64,000 bases of DNA from an uncultured Candidatus Binatia bacterium (GTDB lineage Bacteria; Desulfobacterota; Binatia; Bin18). Location of the stretch: NCBI GenBank assembly GCA_965214605.1, contig OZ243961.1, forward strand, positions 2,720,001 to 2,784,000. Direction: 5' to 3'. Every line of letters begins with the position of its first letter. Within the stretch, counting starts at the first letter, position 1. Both the position numbers and the translations under genes were made by a program. Under the pieces are notes generated by a model that did not search any database, was not told where the DNA came from, and saw only the letters and a program-made list of their open reading frames with translations. Shown one piece after another: positions 52,289-60,598 of the stretch.

Positions 52289-53219
52289 GTCGGACTCCTC
52301 CTTGGGGAAGAACGGTGAGGCTTGAGAAACCGCTGCGCAGCATGATCTCCTCAACCGTCACCATACCGGCGACAATAGTATCAGCCCGTTCAGCCTTGAG
52401 GCCAGGGTAGACACGTTCTTCAGCAGGAATTGTTCCCAATTGTTCGAGGAACGTGGTAATTACAGACCGCTGTAGCGGGAAAAGTTTGTTTTGACAAGAT
52501 GGCGGCTTTTTGCGGCGTGGCAAGGACGATGACCTCTTCTTTGATCGGCGGCTCTCCCCGGCCTCCCTGTTGGCCTTATTCATGCGACACAGGGCGCGGA
52601 TAGTGCCTCCGAGTCCGATCAATTCTTCATGTGCTTGAGCCGGAGCGAGGACGTCGGCTAGCTGGGCGGCGATTTCCCGGCGCAGACCGACCATTTCGTC
52701 CGGACGTGGCGGGTCATGGCGAAAGAAGCGGGCGGTTGTCCGGACCACCCCGAGTGGCAGGCTGACGGCCGACACGATGTGGCCGTTGCTGATGCGGGTG
52801 AGTTGGAGGCTGCCGCCACCCAGATCAAGGACTAGACCGTTCCATTCGGGCCAACGACGGAGCACGGTCTGGGCACCGAGACACGCCTCTTCTTCGCCGC
52901 TCAGGATGTGAACGCTGAGCCCGGCGTCCCGGTGCAGAGGGTCAAGCAGGCTCATTTTATTGGCCGCGTCCCGGACCGCGGCGGTGGCTACTCCAATCCT
53001 GCGCGTGTCTTCACCACGGATTTCGTTCAGGAAGCGGTCGACCGCTTTGAGCGTTTTCCGAACGGCCGACGGCTTGAGAAGCCCGGAAGCACCGCAGCCT
53101 AAGCGGGTCGACACCCGCTGCTGAGACAGAATCTCAAAACCCTGTCCCGGCTTGATACGGGCGGTGAGCAAACGGACGGCGTTTGATCCCAGATCGACAA
53201 GGGCGATACGTTCAGACAT
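52191..53219 (-). CDS. ppx: Exopolyphosphatase Ppx/GppA family
   Basis: DLGSNAVRL, ATAAVRDAAN, SGEEEA, DLGGGSLQL, GLGGTIR, GVRHG. Confidence 0.92.
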   Translation of the reverse strand: MSERIALVDLGSNAVRLLTARIKPGQGFEILSQQRVSTRLGCGASGLLKPSAVRKTLKAVDRFLNEIRGEDTRRIGVATAAVRDAANKMSLLDPLHRDAGLSVHILSGEEEACLGAQTVLRRWPEWNGLVLDLGGGSLQLTRISNGHIVSAVSLPLGVVRTTARFFRHDPPRPDEMVGLRREIAAQLADVLAPAQAHEELIGLGGTIRALCRMNKANREAGESRRSKKRSSSLPRRKKPPSCQNKLFPLQRSVITTFLEQLGTIPAEERVYPGLKAERADTIVAGMVTVEEIMLRSGFSSLTVLPQGGVRHGILMRETFDTPGIPDRRTPFYQPRAVLARVQ

Positions 53220-53468
53220 AGTTGCCAGGGAGCGGGCGATCTACGGTTTCTGGAACGGGTAGACCGTCTCCTGAAATTCCTCCTCCAATCTGCCGAGGTC
53301 GTTTTCTCCTCAAGAGGGCCTGCCTCCACCTCAACACAAGCTCTTTGGAGCCCGTCGTGTTGTGTTTTGTCGGAGTTCTCCAGAAATTAGGTACTTCAGT
53401 CGGGGAGCAATTGCAGGAATCTCTCCGTTATTTTCCTTAGAGGCAGCATATTGTCCGTACACAGCATG

Positions 53469-53497
53469 TGTTACAGGAGTGTTACAGCCGCATGAAA
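53469..53497 (-). promoter_or_regulatory. Pho-box-like direct repeats upstream of ppx-ppk1
   Basis: TGTTACA-ggag-TGTTACA-gccg-CATGAAA (11 bp period); reads CTGTAAC-N4-CTGTAAC on the - strand. Confidence 0.6.
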
Positions 53498-54019
53498 TAT
53501 GGACGTTTTAGAGGAAAAAGATGGGGAGTAACCCCAGGGAGCCCTCCCGACAGGCGAGGGATAAAGGTGCGGGGAACGCTTTCTTGATAGACTGTGTGGG
53601 ATGAGAATACGGTGCGGCTCGTTTGACGGCGCTTGTCTTGATGAGGGGTCTCGGTATTGAGGAGCTTCGCTCAGATGTGTGGTGTGCCCTTTTTCACCCC
53701 TCTGTCAAACAGAGACTCAGTTCCTGCCCAGTACTAGTTGAAATCAGGTTGATGATGAACACCCGGACACTCGCCCGGGGTTCTGCATCCTGTCACCTCA
53801 CCCCTTCCCACTCCTGCTCTGCGATCAAGAAGAACAGTCGCCGAGGGGAGTGGTGATGATGGGCTATCCCGGCCCGGATCACGATTGGTAGCAGCAGCAT
53901 CCCGGTTTTCCGTGTCCCTTCTATTCGTCTCGGTGTGTTAAGCCCCCTCCCCATAGCTCCCCGCCTAAGGGGCTGATAGGGAAAGAACACCCAAGTGCCT
54001 GTCCACCCGAGTCTGTGCC

Positions 54020-55399
54020 ATGACGTCGACTTCGGTCCCTCAAGCGATATCTCTTGACCGTGACGCTGCCCTTGCCGACCTGGTGATTGCGGCAGAATTA
54101 GGTCAGAATGAGCGGGTTCGAACGGGTATCACGAGTTTGCACCCCGCCGACATCGCCGACCTCCTCGACGTGCTTGAAGAAGCCGAGACCAAACAGCGGG
54201 TCTTCGGTTTTCTGCCGCCTCAGCTGGCCTCTGAGGTGTTGAGCTTTGTTGCCCCGCCCACCCAAGAAATTTTGACCCGGGAGTTGTCCGACGCTGCCCT
54301 GGGCACGGTCGTCAAACACCTCAAATCGGACGACGCGGTTGATCTGCTGGCGACGCTGTCTCCTCAGCGGACGAGCGCCGTGCTGGCGTACGTCTCTGGA
54401 GAGCTGGCCGCCGAGATCAGCCAGCTGATGCGCCATCCCGAAGATGTCGCCGGCGGCATTATGCAGACCGAGTATATCGCGGTTGGGGAAGGGGCTCGGG
54501 TTGAGCAGGCGATTGAAACCATCCGCGCCCATGTGGATGAGATCAGCGATTTGCACAGCGTTTTTATTGTCAATACGGTCGGCCATCTCGTCGGTGTCCT
54601 GCCGCTCAGAAAGCTAATCCTGGCTCGCCCAACCGATCTGGTCGAACGCATTATGGCTCGTCAGGTGATCTCGGTCCGGGTCGATCTCGATCAGGAAGAC
54701 GTCGCCCAGGTGTGTCAAAAATACGACCTGGTGTCCCTGCCGGTGGTGGACGCCGCGGGGAAGTTAGTCGGGTTGATCATGGTCGATGATGTGGTCGACG
54801 TACTCGAAGAAGAAGCCACCGAAGACATCTATAAGCTGGCCAACCTGAGTCAGGAAGAAGAGGTATTTGAACCGCCGTGGCGGTCAATTCGGCACCGTCT
54901 GCCGTGGTTGGGGCTCAATCTGATCACGACCAGCCTGAGTGCGGCGGTGATTGCCCTGTTTGAAGACACGATTCAGGCCTTGGCCGTGGCCGCGGCGTTC
55001 ATGACCATTGTCGCCGCCCAAGGAGGGAATGCCGGCATTCAGACTTTGACCGTGACGGTGCGCGGCTTGGCGCTGGGCGAGGTGAGTCTGAAGCATGCCA
55101 GGCGGGTGTTGTTCAAAGAGCTGAGTGTGGGGCTGGGCAACGGGGTGATTCTGGGCGTCATTGCCGGAGCGGTTGCATATCTGTGGGAGGGAAGTCCCCT
55201 GCTGGGCGGGGTGTTGGCCCTGGCGCTCGTTCTTAACCTGGTGGTGGCGGCTTTCGTGGGCACTGTAGTGCCGTTTTTGTTGGACCGCAGCGGGATCGAC
55301 CCAGCGGTGGCGTCCAACGTCTTTGTCACCGCTTGTACCGATATTTTTGGCTTCTTTTCCTTTTTAGGAATTCTGGCCCTGTTGTGGGGCTTGGTATAA
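54020..55399 (+). CDS. mgtE: Magnesium transporter MgtE
   Basis: LHPADIADLL, AGGIMQTE, CBS pair, GGNAGIQT, GIDPAVAS..TDIFG. Confidence 0.95.
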   Translation: MTSTSVPQAISLDRDAALADLVIAAELGQNERVRTGITSLHPADIADLLDVLEEAETKQRVFGFLPPQLASEVLSFVAPPTQEILTRELSDAALGTVVKHLKSDDAVDLLATLSPQRTSAVLAYVSGELAAEISQLMRHPEDVAGGIMQTEYIAVGEGARVEQAIETIRAHVDEISDLHSVFIVNTVGHLVGVLPLRKLILARPTDLVERIMARQVISVRVDLDQEDVAQVCQKYDLVSLPVVDAAGKLVGLIMVDDVVDVLEEEATEDIYKLANLSQEEEVFEPPWRSIRHRLPWLGLNLITTSLSAAVIALFEDTIQALAVAAAFMTIVAAQGGNAGIQTLTVTVRGLALGEVSLKHARRVLFKELSVGLGNGVILGVIAGAVAYLWEGSPLLGGVLALALVLNLVVAAFVGTVVPFLLDRSGIDPAVASNVFVTACTDIFGFFSFLGILALLWGLV

Positions 55400-55467
55400 G
55401 TGGCCCTCCCGTTGGGCCGGATGACTTCCTTGGGGTGGTGAGGTGCTCAGCCGAGCGGTCCTGACTC

Positions 55468-56697
55468 CTAGCGGGTGCTGTTCAGCGCATAGTCCACAAT
55501 GTCAAAATTCCGTATATGGGCCCGACTCGCGTAGGCATCGGCAACCGGCTCTGACACAATAAACGGCACCTGCTGCTCGCTGAGCCCGCCGTGTGAACGG
55601 AGAGGGACATTGCGGAGCTGTGAGAGATCGTGCTCTACAGGGCTCGTGCCAAGAGCCGTATCTTGATCCCCAATCACGACCAGATCGCCCTCGCGGTCGG
55701 GCGGCAGGCCAAACTGTGTGCACGCCTGTTCGCGTTCATAAACGGCGGCGACGCCGGTCAGTTCTTGTATAACGCCGCCGACTGTGTGGGTTGTGAGGGA
55801 CGGGCAGTAGACGCGGACGAAGGAGCCTAGGGCGCCGTGATGGACGACATACGGATCGGTGATGGGGCAGATGACACGGGTTGTGCCGGGTTCAAAATGG
55901 TGATCTAGGACCTCCTGCAGAAAAATCACCCGAGGTTTGAAATTCATGCCATGATCGGCCGTTAGCGCGACTGTGGCGCCTTTTTCGGCAAACTCGCCCA
56001 GCCGGGCATCTAGGCTATGATAAAAGGCGTCAGCCTCAGGACGACCTGGGGCATGTTTATGTTGCACATAATCGCTCAAGGACAGATACATGAAATCCGG
56101 CCGCTCGCGTTCAAGGAGACGCAGGCCGGCGTCCAAGACAAACAGCGATACGTCGGCCGAGTAGACCTTGGGTTGCTCCCGTCCAACGAGGTCGAGAACG
56201 TGGCTGATGCCGTTGTCCTCTGTTGTACACTTGGCCGCCCGTTCAGCAGAGAAACACACGCCGCCCCTGAGCCGATGTCCGAGCATACGGCGCAGTTTGT
56301 CTTTGGCGGTGATAATCACCACCTTGCAGCCGTTGTGGGACAGTACGGCCGGCAGCGTGTCACAGCGCACATAGGCCGGATCGTCCAGCATGACTGCCTG
56401 GTTTTTGAGCGGATCGAAAAAATAGTTGCCCGAAATCCCGTGTACGGACTGAGGCGCACCAGTGACAATCGACAGGTTGTTGGGATTGGTAAAGGTCGGG
56501 ACCGCGGCTTCAGCAATGGTGGCAAAGCCGGTGTCGCAGAAGGCTTGCAGGTTGGGAAGAATCCCCTTGTCAAGCCCCCGCTCAATATAGGCTGGGTCGC
56601 AGCCGTCAACGCATACCACGACCACTGGTCGACGTGGAACGGCGTAGGTTCGATTCTGCAAACTCACCGTTGGGGCTGAAGCGGGCATGAGCGACAT
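55468..56697 (-). CDS. phnA: Phosphonoacetate hydrolase
   Basis: VVVCVDGC, PTFTNPNNLSIVTG, DYVQHKHAPG, TADHGM, PITDPYVVHHGALGSF, RSHGG. Confidence 0.92.
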   Translation of the reverse strand: MSLMPASAPTVSLQNRTYAVPRRPVVVVCVDGCDPAYIERGLDKGILPNLQAFCDTGFATIAEAAVPTFTNPNNLSIVTGAPQSVHGISGNYFFDPLKNQAVMLDDPAYVRCDTLPAVLSHNGCKVVIITAKDKLRRMLGHRLRGGVCFSAERAAKCTTEDNGISHVLDLVGREQPKVYSADVSLFVLDAGLRLLERERPDFMYLSLSDYVQHKHAPGRPEADAFYHSLDARLGEFAEKGATVALTADHGMNFKPRVIFLQEVLDHHFEPGTTRVICPITDPYVVHHGALGSFVRVYCPSLTTHTVGGVIQELTGVAAVYEREQACTQFGLPPDREGDLVVIGDQDTALGTSPVEHDLSQLRNVPLRSHGGLSEQQVPFIVSEPVADAYASRAHIRNFDIVDYALNSTR

Positions 56698-56800
56698 ATA
56701 CCTGACTTTCCGCTCAGCAAGAAGAGTCGGGCGTCGGTCAGCGAGTGCACCTCTCCACTGGCCGCTGCAAGACTTTCTCAGCAGCCCGCCCGGCGCCGGG

Positions 56801-56995
56801 TTAGTCGTCTGTCGTGGGTGTTTGTTCGATTTGGATCAGGGCGCTTTGAAAAGCTTGAACCGAAACCCGATAGTCGCGCATCAGGCGACGCGCATCGACA
56901 AGGTCTTCGGGACGGGTCCGTAAGTGTTGAACGAGACGGGAAGCTGGCTCCTGTTGCTCGATGTCGGAGGAGGCGGAGTTTGCATCCGGATCCAT
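56801..56995 (-). CDS. Small hypothetical protein (64 aa)
   Basis: SD GAAAGGA before ATG; same strand as and upstream of phnA. Confidence 0.55.
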   Translation of the reverse strand: MDPDANSASSDIEQQEPASRLVQHLRTRPEDLVDARRLMRDYRVSVQAFQSALIQIEQTPTTDD

Positions 56996-57562
56996 AAATA
57001 TTCCTTTCTGACTGATAGATTTGTGTTGAGGAACACGTTAACAGACACACCTCAGTCCGCAAGGGGGGACACGAAGAGCTGACAAACAGAGTGGCCGTTT
57101 CTGTCACGATACCTCGGCAGCTCCTCGCAAAAGCCTTGATACATGAGGAACTTCGGCTGAGAGACCTCTGCAACATCGAAGCGGAAGTTGACCAAACAGC
57201 ATGATGTTACAAAAAAATAGGCAATGACATTAAAATAACGATGTTTGTCTTTCTGTCGTTCTGAATATTTTTAGAAGTAAGATGAACAAAAAGGACGTTC
57301 TCTCACGCGATTTTCTGCACAGCACGGCCCGTCCTCAGGTCTACGGGAGAGCGTTAGAAGTCCGAGGAGACGACAAGAGCAGCTCGGACAGCCTGTATCT
57401 GCGTTATGCCGATTACCCGCGGCAGACTCTACGCACAGACTACTAGCTGCAGTGGGCGCGTGTGGGGAGCTGTCTGCGAGGTGATGCTGACGATTATAAA
57501 ATATTCTAATATTTTTTTAAATTTTAATTCTTCATTGCTTATATTCCAATTTCTTGTGTATC

Positions 57563-57571
57563 TGCTATGCT
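57563..57571 (+). promoter_or_regulatory. Extended -10 promoter with AT-rich upstream tract
   Basis: TGcTATGCT; TTCCAA 16 nt upstream; AT tract 57493-57535. Confidence 0.5.
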
Positions 57572-57576
57572 CTGAA

Positions 57577-57670
57577 GGAGTCGACTCACGACATGCATCG
57601 TTGAGATCTCCCCAACTCAACGAAGGCATAAGCCCGCAGGTTTCCCCTCCTTTTTCCTGCGGGCTTTTTT
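57577..57670 (+). ncRNA. Candidate small RNA with two C-rich loops
   Basis: Promoter, hairpin TCGTTGAG-ATCTCCCCAA-CTCAACGA, then terminator hairpin with a CCCCTCCT loop and U-tract; no plausible ORF. Confidence 0.55.
57631..57670 (+). terminator. Intrinsic terminator
   Basis: AGCCCGCAGG/CCTGCGGGCT 10 bp stem followed by a T-run. Confidence 0.8.
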
Positions 57671-58073
57671 CATGCGGCTGGCTCCAAGACTTTTTGGAAG
57701 ATTGAAGATGGTCTGCACTTACAACTCCCACCCTAGTGCTCAACCTTCAATACGGGTCCCCTCACTATCACCGGCCGCGAACACCGGCTGAACGATGGCC
57801 GCTTGCAACAGGGGGCCCATCGCTTGAGCGATGCTGGTAGACCAACGTCCTGGCGCAATCTGTTTGAAAGCCGCATCCGTCCATCTGAGATTATCCTCAG
57901 AACGGGTGCTGTTCTGAGTGAAGAAGACCGTAGTTTGAGGACCAAGATTTTACCTCCGACCGAGAGGTCGGTGTGACTCCCCCGGAGGACGAGCAGGGCG
58001 ATAATAACCACAGCCCCGACTCTATCGAGTGAGAGCCCTGGGATAGATGAGGCCCATGTGTACCGCGAGTCCA

Positions 58074-58091
58074 TGTTACAAGAATGTGAAA
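58074..58091 (-). promoter_or_regulatory. Pho-box-like repeat pair
   Basis: TGTTACA-agaa-TGTGAAA, 11 bp period, same motif as at 53469. Confidence 0.4.
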
Positions 58092-58150
58092 TTTAGGGCC
58101 TGGTGGTCGATTTTTGTGGACCACAATTGGCGACTTTGCTAATGGTGGAC

Positions 58151-58420
58151 ATGCGGGTCGGGACTAACGGCTTCGGCTGCATAGGACGCCTCAGTTTGCA
58201 CATCGCCTGGGCGTGGTTGGACATCGTCCACGAGATCACAGGTGCGCAACCCATCTGCTGGATTTAATCCGGTTCACGGTCGCTGCCCGCTCGGCATTCG
58301 GACTGAGAACGAAACCATGTGGCTTGAGAGCAAACTGATGTCTTTCAGCACTTTCACCCGAACCGCTGGGGATGTCCGACATTGGGGTCAGTATCGTTGG
58401 CGAGTGCTCAGGACAGTGCC
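58151..58420 (+). pseudogene. ArsJ-associated GAPDH remnant (N-terminal part)
   Basis: MRVGTNGFGCIGRLSLHIAWAW, then GFNPVHGRC and GVSIVGECSG in shifted frames (cf. GINGFGRIGR, DSVHGRW, GVDIVLECSG). Confidence 0.75.
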
Positions 58421-58469
58421 GCCCCCCGGAACTGTGGCAGCCCGACTTGAATGCTGGGGGGCTTTGGGA

Positions 58470-58665
58470 CAGGGTTGGCCCTGGTGCTGCAAGCCGGTGG
58501 TATCCCGTACTCTCTGTCATTGTTGGGCTGATCTTTGCGGTCAACTCGTCGGTTCACTCGTATATGATTCTGGCCTACACTAATGCTGACTAGGTCACAC
58601 TGAACGGTTGGATGTTCCTACATGATAAACGCGACCGGTCAGCTGCTCGGGACGCTGCTGCTGCC
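58470..58665 (+). pseudogene. arsJ: ArsJ organoarsenical MFS exporter remnant (C-terminal part)
   Basis: GLIFAVNSSVHSYMILAYTNAD*VTLN..YMINATGQLLGTLL (cf. FAVNSSLHSYLI..VSLDVGFYYMANAMGRLIGT). Confidence 0.7.
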
Positions 58666-58749
58666 GATCGGTCGTCTACTTCAGATGGAGGAAAAAGGAG
58701 ACGATGATCTCATCCGACTCGGAAGACCGTCATTGTCAACTTTTCTAGT

Positions 58750-60447
58750 ATGATGCTGCCACGCCGACAATTTTTGCGCTATCTGGGGATAGGAACATAC
58801 GCGGCACTATGCAATCCCCTGCTCCTCGCCGCTACTGCACCACGAGCGAGTGGTGCGGCCTGGAGACCGTCGTTTTTTGATCCCATCGTCCCCAGCACCG
58901 CCGACCGACTCAGGCTGCCGGCCGGCTACCGAGCCGACCTGCTTGGCGTATGGGGAGATGAGCTGGGCTTTCCCGACTCGACCCAAAACCGCGAGCTGAC
59001 CTTTGGGTATAATAACGACTTTCTGGCCTATTTTCCCGTTGCCTCCCGGCAGGACGATACCGCGGCTGAGCAGGGCGTGCTGTGGGTCAACCACGAGTAC
59101 CCTAACCCGCTCTTTGTCAGCGGTTACAGTCGTGCAGACGCCAAGGCCGACCGACCCAAAACGGTAGAACAGATACGGGCCGAAAAGCGCAGTATGGGTG
59201 GCAGTGTGCTCTACCTCCGGCGGGAGGCAAACGGGGGCTGGACGCGAGAGTATCATTATCGCTATACCCGTCGCTTCACCGCCTGCGGTCCGCGCTTTGA
59301 TTTTGATGGACCGGCGGCCGAAGCCATCGCCAACCTGAGTGGGCGCCAGGACTGCTCCGGCACGCTGGCCAACTGTTCGGGTGGGGTCACGCCTTGGGAC
59401 AGCGTGCTGTCGTGCGAAGAAAACTACCAGGTCTACAATGCAGAGTTTCGATGGAGGGATCAGCCCGACGAGGCCCTTGCCGACATACAGTTTGGCTGGG
59501 TGGTTGAGGTAGACCCCTTTGGCGAACTGCCGCCCGTCAAGCACACGAGCCTGGGCCGCTTCAACCATGAGAATGTCGCGCTGCGCCATGACGGGCCGAC
59601 CGGGCGGCTCGTGGTGTATCTCGGTGACGACCGGGCCGATCAGTTTGTGTACAAGTTTGTCAGCGCCCAGCCGTTTTCTGCCTCGGCCTCGCGGCTTGAG
59701 CAGCGGGCGGTGCTGAGCCGGGGGACCCTATACGCCGCCGACTTTCGGCACGGCAGGTGGCTGGCGCTGGACTGGGAGGTGCAGAAAAACCGTGACAAAT
59801 GGCAGCAATATAATAGGGGACGGAGAGAAGATGAACCGGCTCTCAACTCGCAGGCCGATCTTCTCATCCATCCCCGGATCGCGGCCCAGGTGTTAGGCGC
59901 CACGCCCCTGGACCGGCCCGAGGACTGTGAAATACATCCGGCCGACGGTTCGGTGTACATTGCGCTGACCAATAATATACCGCGGGCTAACTTCTACGGT
60001 CAGATCGTGCGCTTGATAGAGGACAACGACAATCCCGAAGGAGAGCGCTTTCGGTTTGAATTGTTTCTGCTCGGCGGCCGCGAGAGCGGCCTGGCCTGCC
60101 CCGATAATCTGGCCTTTGACAGGCAGGGCAATCTGTGGGTGGCATGTGATATGAGCAGCTCGCTCCTGGGTCAAGATCCCTATCAGCCGTTTGGCAACAA
60201 CGGGCTGTTTGTTGTGCCTACCTCCGGCCCCGGAGCCGGCCAAGCCTCTCAATTCGCCTCCGGTCCCAAAGACTGCGAACTCACCGGTCCGTGGTTCAGT
60301 CCCAACGACCAGACGCTGTTCCTGTCCGTCCAGCATCCGGGAGAAAACAGCCCCAGCCTTGAGCGGCTGTCAAGCCACTGGCCGCACGGCAGCCCAACCC
60401 TCCCCCGCCCAGGCGTGGTAGCGATTCGCGGCTTTCCCCGGTCCTGA
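58750..60447 (+). CDS. phoX: PhoX-family alkaline phosphatase, Tat-exported
   Basis: PRRQFL Tat motif, VNHEY, NCSGGVTPW, SCEEN, GRFNHE, DRPED, PDNL, ELTGP, VQHPGE. Confidence 0.93.
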   Translation: MMLPRRQFLRYLGIGTYAALCNPLLLAATAPRASGAAWRPSFFDPIVPSTADRLRLPAGYRADLLGVWGDELGFPDSTQNRELTFGYNNDFLAYFPVASRQDDTAAEQGVLWVNHEYPNPLFVSGYSRADAKADRPKTVEQIRAEKRSMGGSVLYLRREANGGWTREYHYRYTRRFTACGPRFDFDGPAAEAIANLSGRQDCSGTLANCSGGVTPWDSVLSCEENYQVYNAEFRWRDQPDEALADIQFGWVVEVDPFGELPPVKHTSLGRFNHENVALRHDGPTGRLVVYLGDDRADQFVYKFVSAQPFSASASRLEQRAVLSRGTLYAADFRHGRWLALDWEVQKNRDKWQQYNRGRREDEPALNSQADLLIHPRIAAQVLGATPLDRPEDCEIHPADGSVYIALTNNIPRANFYGQIVRLIEDNDNPEGERFRFELFLLGGRESGLACPDNLAFDRQGNLWVACDMSSSLLGQDPYQPFGNNGLFVVPTSGPGAGQASQFASGPKDCELTGPWFSPNDQTLFLSVQHPGENSPSLERLSSHWPHGSPTLPRPGVVAIRGFPRS

Positions 60448-60502
60448 GCCGACGAGAGATGTCGCCGCTCCATATCGAATTTCGATACGCGTCGTGTGAG
60501 GG

Positions 60503-60558
60503 GCGTAACGGACAAATAACTGCTCTGTCATTCTCCCGTAACATTATTTTTCTACCTT
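60503..60558 (+). promoter_or_regulatory. Pho box array and -10 upstream of porin-pstS-pstC
   Basis: GCGTAAC, AAATAAC, CTGTCAT, CCGTAAC at 60503/60514/60525/60536 (11 bp period); TACCTT 10 nt after the last repeat. Confidence 0.75.
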
Positions 60559-60598
60559 CCTTTCCAACTCTATAGGGAAGGAAGGAGAAGGAAGCGAT

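Noticed and set aside
53500-54019. M-box (ykoK) riboswitch before mgtE
   Set aside because: No match to the conserved M-box core seen by eye; an Rfam scan is needed to exclude it fully.
57733-58074. 113 aa - strand ORF
   Set aside because: The start codon abuts the Pho-like repeat, there is no SD and no recognisable family.
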